A stretch of DNA of 63,975 bases, the filler included, from Craspedostauros australis (taxonomy: Eukaryota), in assembly GCA_030167865.1 (NCBI GenBank). It is 12 parts of 12 records of this genome, joined end to end, with 100 filler letters (N's around TTAATTAATTAA, not from the genome) between each part and the next. Parts side by side here need not be neighbours in the genome. Positions count along the whole stretch, not along the records: positions 58,833 to 62,391 come from JALAGF010002877.1; positions 62,492 to 63,975 come from JALAGF010002880.1; 10 more parts are not named here. The stretch is one strand, 5' to 3'. The notes below the pieces were generated by a model. The model ran no database searches, was not told where the DNA came from, and was given only the letters and a program-made list of their open reading frames with translations. Every line of letters begins with the position of its first letter. Position 1 is the first letter of the stretch. Below, one piece after another: positions 58,833 through 63,975 of the stretch. A program made the position numbers and the translations under genes.

Positions 58833-59140
58833 GTGATCTGGTTGAATGGACCGACCTGTGTGATGCCTACGACTCGGCGATGTCTAAAGCATCGAAACTA
58901 TCAGCGGAGGACAACGAGCTTTTGTGCACGAACATGGGGTACTCGGTGGAGCATGCATGTCCATGATGAATTTGCAATGAATGCAAGATGGATGCATGCT
59001 AGACCAACAGAGGGACCCATGGCAATCTCAGGAGGAGATTGGACTTTGCAATTGAGAGCGATGAAGAGCTCACAGTTCAGAGAAGTAGATTCTAACAAAC
59101 GATTAGTTCTCTACTATCATACCACCCCGGATTTCCAACA
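58833..59140. mobile_element. Partial LTR of the family ending ...CCCCGGATTTCCAACA
   Basis: 59050-59140 closely matches 14470-14559. Confidence 0.75.
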
Positions 59141-59235
59141 CTCATGGAGTAGGAACCAGTAGTGAACAAACGGAGTATCGAATGCGGAAGTATGCATCGA
59201 ACGAGAAGTATCGTGTAGCACAAGTACATGATATT

Positions 59236-59258
59236 GAGAGAGAGAGAGAGAGAGAGAG
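59236..59258. repeat. (GA)n microsatellite
   Basis: Directly visible. Confidence 0.9.
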
Positions 59259-59429
59259 AATACGAAGAGCGGCGAGAGAGCATCTCGCGTACCGACTGAT
59301 AGTCGGAGACTGAATCTACGAAACAGACAAACGCACCGAGAGCATTGGGCAAGAGAACGAACGGACACCGAGAGGATCGGAGCGCCAACGTAATGAAATA
59401 GCAAACGAACAACTATCAACCAACACCAT

Positions 59430-60800
59430 CTTCCACGATCGTAGGGATCCGAGGTCCGGAACTTGCCAACACTCCTGGGCAGCTTTCACTGTCTCGGCCT
59501 GTCTTGTGGGTGGATGCTTCAGACCCGGTAGAGCTGCTGGTGGTGGTAGCATTGGAAAAAACTCTTGCGTTCCACAATGGCAGTTAGCCACTTGGTGTTA
59601 TGTGCACGTTTGGCGCATCTCTTGAATCGGTTGAAGGCCTTCATCATTTTCTTGGTGAGTTCTGCGTTGATGAACATCCTATCAAGGGTTTGGTCGAGGG
59701 ATGATTCTTTCTTGACTTAGATAGATCCTACCCATTGGCAATGTGGTAGATGAATAGTCCTGTGTTGATGTTCCTTGCAATGTTGTCTGGGTTTGTGAAG
59801 TTGGTCTTGATGGCTCCTGGGGACATGGTGGGGGTTCCTTCATGGATGGAACTCACCAGGTCAGGGAGTGTCATCACCTCTGCAAGGATCTTGGGTAGGA
59901 AGAGGTTGAAGATCATGGCAGTTTTGATGCTGATTCCAAACTCTTGCTTGAGATTGGTGAATGCATCCCAGGTGGTCTTATGGATGTGGCACACCAATGT
60001 GGAGTTGTAGGTTTTCCTTTTGGTTCCATGCATCAATGATGATGTGGTGTTGGAAAGCTACCTCAATGAAGTCCTTTCCAATATCCAGGAAGGAGACCAA
60101 TGAGGGTCCATCCGTTGGGGTGCCTGATGTATTGTTGAGGAGGGCAGAGAGTTTGGGGTCCTTGGGGTTGGTCTTGAAGGTTTGAGTTGAGTCTTCTGGG
60201 CCCCACTTGGAGGATCCCCTGGTGGAGGGAACGACATGGTTGGTCAGAGTCATCTTGCAGGGTCAAGAAGCTTGACAATCTTGTTGCAACTGTTAATCTA
60301 ATAGAGACCAAATGTAATGGCTGAGGTCTTGTTTGCTGTGTTGAGCTGTAGGCAGAGGCTTGATTGCAAGCTGTTGAACCCAAGGTCTTTGGATCACAAG
60401 TAGTCAATTGAGAATACTGATTATGGGTGAAGAAACATATGGATTATGAGTGTTATTGTTATGTTTCCTGTCTTGGGGAGGTTCTTCTACGGTTGCCTTC
60501 AAGAAGGGCCATACAAGATGTGTAGCCCAAGTACTGTCGGAGGAATCCTTTCGTCGAGTGAGGAGGGAGGCGAAGGTTGTCGGTGCGCGCTCCTGTGGGG
60601 TGCTGTTCCCTTGGTCTGGCAGTTTTGCTCTGGTGCTGGGATCTCGTTGGGAAGAGGGGTTCGGTGACCAGGTCATCGGAATCTTTTGTTTTCTCTGTCT
60701 CTGGGGTCTGAAGATTCACTTCAATGACTCCTTTCTGTTTCCAAACGTGGACATATTTGAGACGTGGGTTGGACCAAACTGAATGGTATCGAGTCGTGGA
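59430..60800 (-). pseudogene. Degraded coding-like sequence, probably a decayed transposon ORF
   Basis: Chain of short minus-strand ORFs with protein-like composition, visibly CpG-poor and TG/CA-rich; no diagnostic motif recognised. Confidence 0.35.
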
Positions 60801-61521
60801 ACTTGATGAGTTCTCCATTGGGATGGTTGCTAGTTTGCTCAATTAAGACCATTCGCCATGGATTGCCTATGTTCGTCATCGCCAACGTCCTCACTGGAAT
60901 CGTCAATCTCTCCATCGATACGATGGCTGTATCCGACCCCATCGCGGTTTGCATCGTGTTTGCGTACCTTGCTATCGTGGGTATCATTGCCACGAAAATC
61001 GGCTGGATACGGTCAACGATCATCACGGTGGCGCAATTGTCAAGAAAACCTGCCAATCTGCAAGTGTCGGGAGCATCCAAGTTCGAGGAAAAGGAGCAGT
61101 GACGGCACCATCTATCGCCGCTTCGGATCCTCTCCCTCTGTTGCATTCGCATGTTGCTTGATGGACTCCAACAGACGAGTACAACCACATACCATGTCCC
61201 GGAGCTGGATGGGGCGAGTAGGCCACAAGCAAAACGTAGAGGACGCAAACTACGCCAGTTAGGGCCTTCAAAATGAATTCCGCGCGGACATGCTCGATGA
61301 TCTCAACGAACAGGAGGACAGGTAAGAGTGTGTATGGTTCTTATTGTTAACGTTTGCGATGGTGCGATTTGGGCATCCGATTTCCTCTTCCCTCAGAGTC
61401 TCCGTTCGCCCTCAGATCTCACACATTGCCATGTCTGGGCAACCTCCGTCGTGATTCCATCATCGACGTGACCTCCCACGGCCACTTCATCGCTCCTTGC
61501 GTTCGCCAGTTATACTCACGG

Positions 61522-62391
61522 TTAAGATGAAACCATCGACACTGAGGTTGATGCCGACAGAGCGAGGGTATCGGGTTTCGCTGCTTCGGAAGAGATACTG
61601 CTGTTCTCCAAATCGAGCGCATCCACCATGTCTGCCAACACCTCACGCCCTCTGGCCTCCCACTCCTTTCGGTTTGCTAGCGCATAGTTCAGGTACTCAT
61701 CGCTCGACTTGCCAAATACACCACACTCCTTCAGCTTCTTGGCCAACGGGATGATGTAAAAGTCAAAGAAACCGATNTCACCTTCATACCAATTCTCCAT
61801 GGGATTGGTACCCGATCGACCAGCTTGGTAGGCTGTGTAAAACTCCTTGAACAGCCTCTCGTTCCACTTGCGATACACATGCCAATGCTGCATGGTGTGC
61901 GCGACATCGGAGGCCTGGATCAAGTGCTCAATCACGATCGTGGCCTTGCGGTTGATCGCATCTCGAGGATCGTCCAGCTGGGTTGATGGATAGTCTGGTG
62001 ATGACACCGATTCACCCGCTGGCTGTTGCAGCAGCTGCTGCTGTTGTTGTTGCTGCTGTTGTTGCTGCTGCTGGTGGTGCTGCTGGTTGAAGGCCTTGTC
62101 CCATCGGTCATTCCTCAGCTTCTTCAGATCGGCGTCGACGATGTCTGTTGCCATGACACCGTTCACCACAAGCTGCCTCAGACGACGGAGCTCGGATGTC
62201 GTGGAGCAGATGCACTCACGAAGCTCCAGGAAGTCCTCGGCCATGAATAGATCCCAGGCAAGGACCACGGAGTTCTGCTCGGCCACAGATCGGTTGTTGT
62301 ACAGCGTTGCGATCCTGGTCTTCTCCTTCACGAGCTGAGCGTTGGTCACTCCGACATGATCGACATCATGGATGAGAGCAGAGAAGGCGCA
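61522..62391 (-). CDS. C-terminal phosphodiesterase domain of a second cyclase-PDE paralogue (partial), with poly-Gln insert
   Basis: IHDVDH, RSVAEQNS, VMATDI, KATIVIEHLIQASDVAHTMQHW..KWNERLF, GFFDFYIIPLAKKL. Confidence 0.9.
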   Translation of the reverse strand, partial: CAFSALIHDVDHVGVTNAQLVKEKTRIATLYNNRSVAEQNSVVLAWDLFMAEDFLELRECICSTTSELRRLRQLVVNGVMATDIVDADLKKLRNDRWDKAFNQQHHQQQQQQQQQQQQQLLQQPAGESVSSPDYPSTQLDDPRDAINRKATIVIEHLIQASDVAHTMQHWHVYRKWNERLFKEFYTAYQAGRSGTNPMENWYEGXIGFFDFYIIPLAKKLKECGVFGKSSDEYLNYALANRKEWEARGREVLADMVDALDLENSSISSEAAKPDTLALSASTSVSMVSS

Positions 62392-63415
62392 NNNNNNNNN
62401 NNNNNNNNNNNNNNNNNNNNNNNNNNNNNNNNNNNTTAATTAATTAANNNNNNNNNNNNNNNNNNNNNNNNNNNNNNNNNNNNNNNNNNNNGTGTTCAAA
62501 ACAATTGCCTTTCTCACACAACTGTCTATTCAATCTGGAGGCTTCAGTCCATACCAAGTTAATTACTAGAGTCAAGAGTGATCCACATCCTATTGAATGC
62601 CACAATCACTTCATCGTATCGTTAACAGCTGCGCTGCCTTTTCGTAGACTACAGTATGCGTTCGACATTGGACTGACGAGCACAAACCAAACCCGAACGG
62701 GGTTTGTTGGTAGAACAGTGATACAACGTATTTTCCATAGAAATGACATATATGCATATTTCCCTCAACTCCCTGAGAATTCGATGGCATGAAGACGTGT
62801 GTCATCCAAGCAACGTCGATGTCGTTCATGACGTCGAATCGAACGAGTCATGGCCTTTGCTGATACACGACTCGCATCCGGAAGCGCGATTTCATGCGAG
62901 GTCGGCAACACGGTTGGAGATGCAAAGCACGACTCGAGAACTGGAAAGGAATTCCCAAACCCGCGCACACGCCAACGGCTCTTCCAGCACCGCAGAGCCC
63001 CAAACAGCGGAGGCCGAAAGATCGAGACGTCAAGAGTCCGAGACACACGTTGCGAGCAAACGCCACACTCATGCATTCCGCATCCGCTCACGAGTAATCT
63101 GCACTTGCACTTGTACTTGCGCGTGCACGAGCACGACCAATGGTATCAGGATGACACGAGCTGGGCATACAGTGCCATCCACAACTGACGTGTGGTGTGG
63201 TATCATCATCTGTTGTGGCGTGCAATACTTGGCTCATAGTGTCAAACGTGTACGACTAGAGAATCAAGCATAACTCTTCATCTTGGGTTCATGCCTCGTA
63301 ATTCTGGAAAGCAAAGCCGAGATTTTTTGTTGCAACCATCCACACCATCAACTGCATCAACGGTCAACATAACAAGCACTTGAACCACGCGATCTGATTA
63401 TCAACGACCACCAAG

Positions 63416-63975
63416 ATGTTCCAAGCCGCAGGCCTTCCAGCGATGTTGCCTCTCTTGGGATTGGGACGACGGGTCAAGACGGGAAATGAGTTCATGGACG
63501 TGATCATCACCATTATCCTGCCTCTCGTTGTGACGAGTCTTATCCCCCTCATCATCAACGGGATGCATATGAGCACCATCTCAATCACTTTGTACCGTCT
63601 CGTCGCGATGATGTGCGGGAAGACCATGTACACGCGCATCGTTGCTTACCATGCTACCCAAACGGAGCAAGGTAACTTCATCAGCGTGGACGAAGACTCT
63701 CAGAACAATTTCCTCATCAAGGCAATCAAGCTCTACCTGCACAACCGTTGCAATCTCACACTCAACGATGCCAACGTCACGTTGATAGAGCAATTCAAGA
63801 GCGAAGAAGGCGGGTCCACGAGCGCGAAGTTCGGGGCTGGCAATCTAACCTTTGGGAGCCTCGCCGCAAAGAGAGCCGCGATGAAGGCAACCAAGCACGG
63901 TTCGTCACCATTCAGCACCGAGGATACCCAACCACCGTCTCTCATCAAGAGCCTCATGAACAATCGGTGGTACGA
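63416..63975 (+). CDS. N-terminus of a membrane-anchored protein, probably a BCS1-like AAA ATPase (runs off the window; missing from the ORF track)
   Basis: Open frame from ATG 63416 to the end: MFQAAGLP..KTGNEFMDVIITIILPLVV..YTRIV..DEDSQNNFLIKAIKLYLH. The family call is from memory; the AAA domain is not visible. Confidence 0.6.
   Translation, partial: MFQAAGLPAMLPLLGLGRRVKTGNEFMDVIITIILPLVVTSLIPLIINGMHMSTISITLYRLVAMMCGKTMYTRIVAYHATQTEQGNFISVDEDSQNNFLIKAIKLYLHNRCNLTLNDANVTLIEQFKSEEGGSTSAKFGAGNLTFGSLAAKRAAMKATKHGSSPFSTEDTQPPSLIKSLMNNRWY

Overview
Eukaryotic nuclear DNA, most likely from a diatom (spliceosomal GT-AG introns, diatom-type Copia and LINE elements, cyclase-phosphodiesterase fusions). 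The window is a pseudo-scaffold of 12 contigs joined by eleven 100-bp artificial spacers (N44-TTAATTAATTAA-N44), so adjacency across spacers is not reliable. The gene-rich contig (25705-51929) holds SdhC, exportin-7, a GT31 glycosyltransferase, a kinesin with an N-terminal F-box-like motif, four tandem intronless FAD-dependent monooxygenases, a CTP synthase with a signal peptide plus LRGG leader, and the end of a probable Sola3-like transposase. Other contigs carry two divergent secreted Cys/Pro-rich proteins, two guanylate-cyclase/PDE paralogue fragments, a probable BCS1-like ATPase N-terminus and nested retroelements. These include a DIRS-like RT/RNase H hit by an LTR that starts 5'-TA, an Ambal-like LINE whose RNase H is split by a solo LTR with a 6-bp TSD, and pieces of two Copia families. 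All family assignments come from motif recognition by eye; no searches were run.
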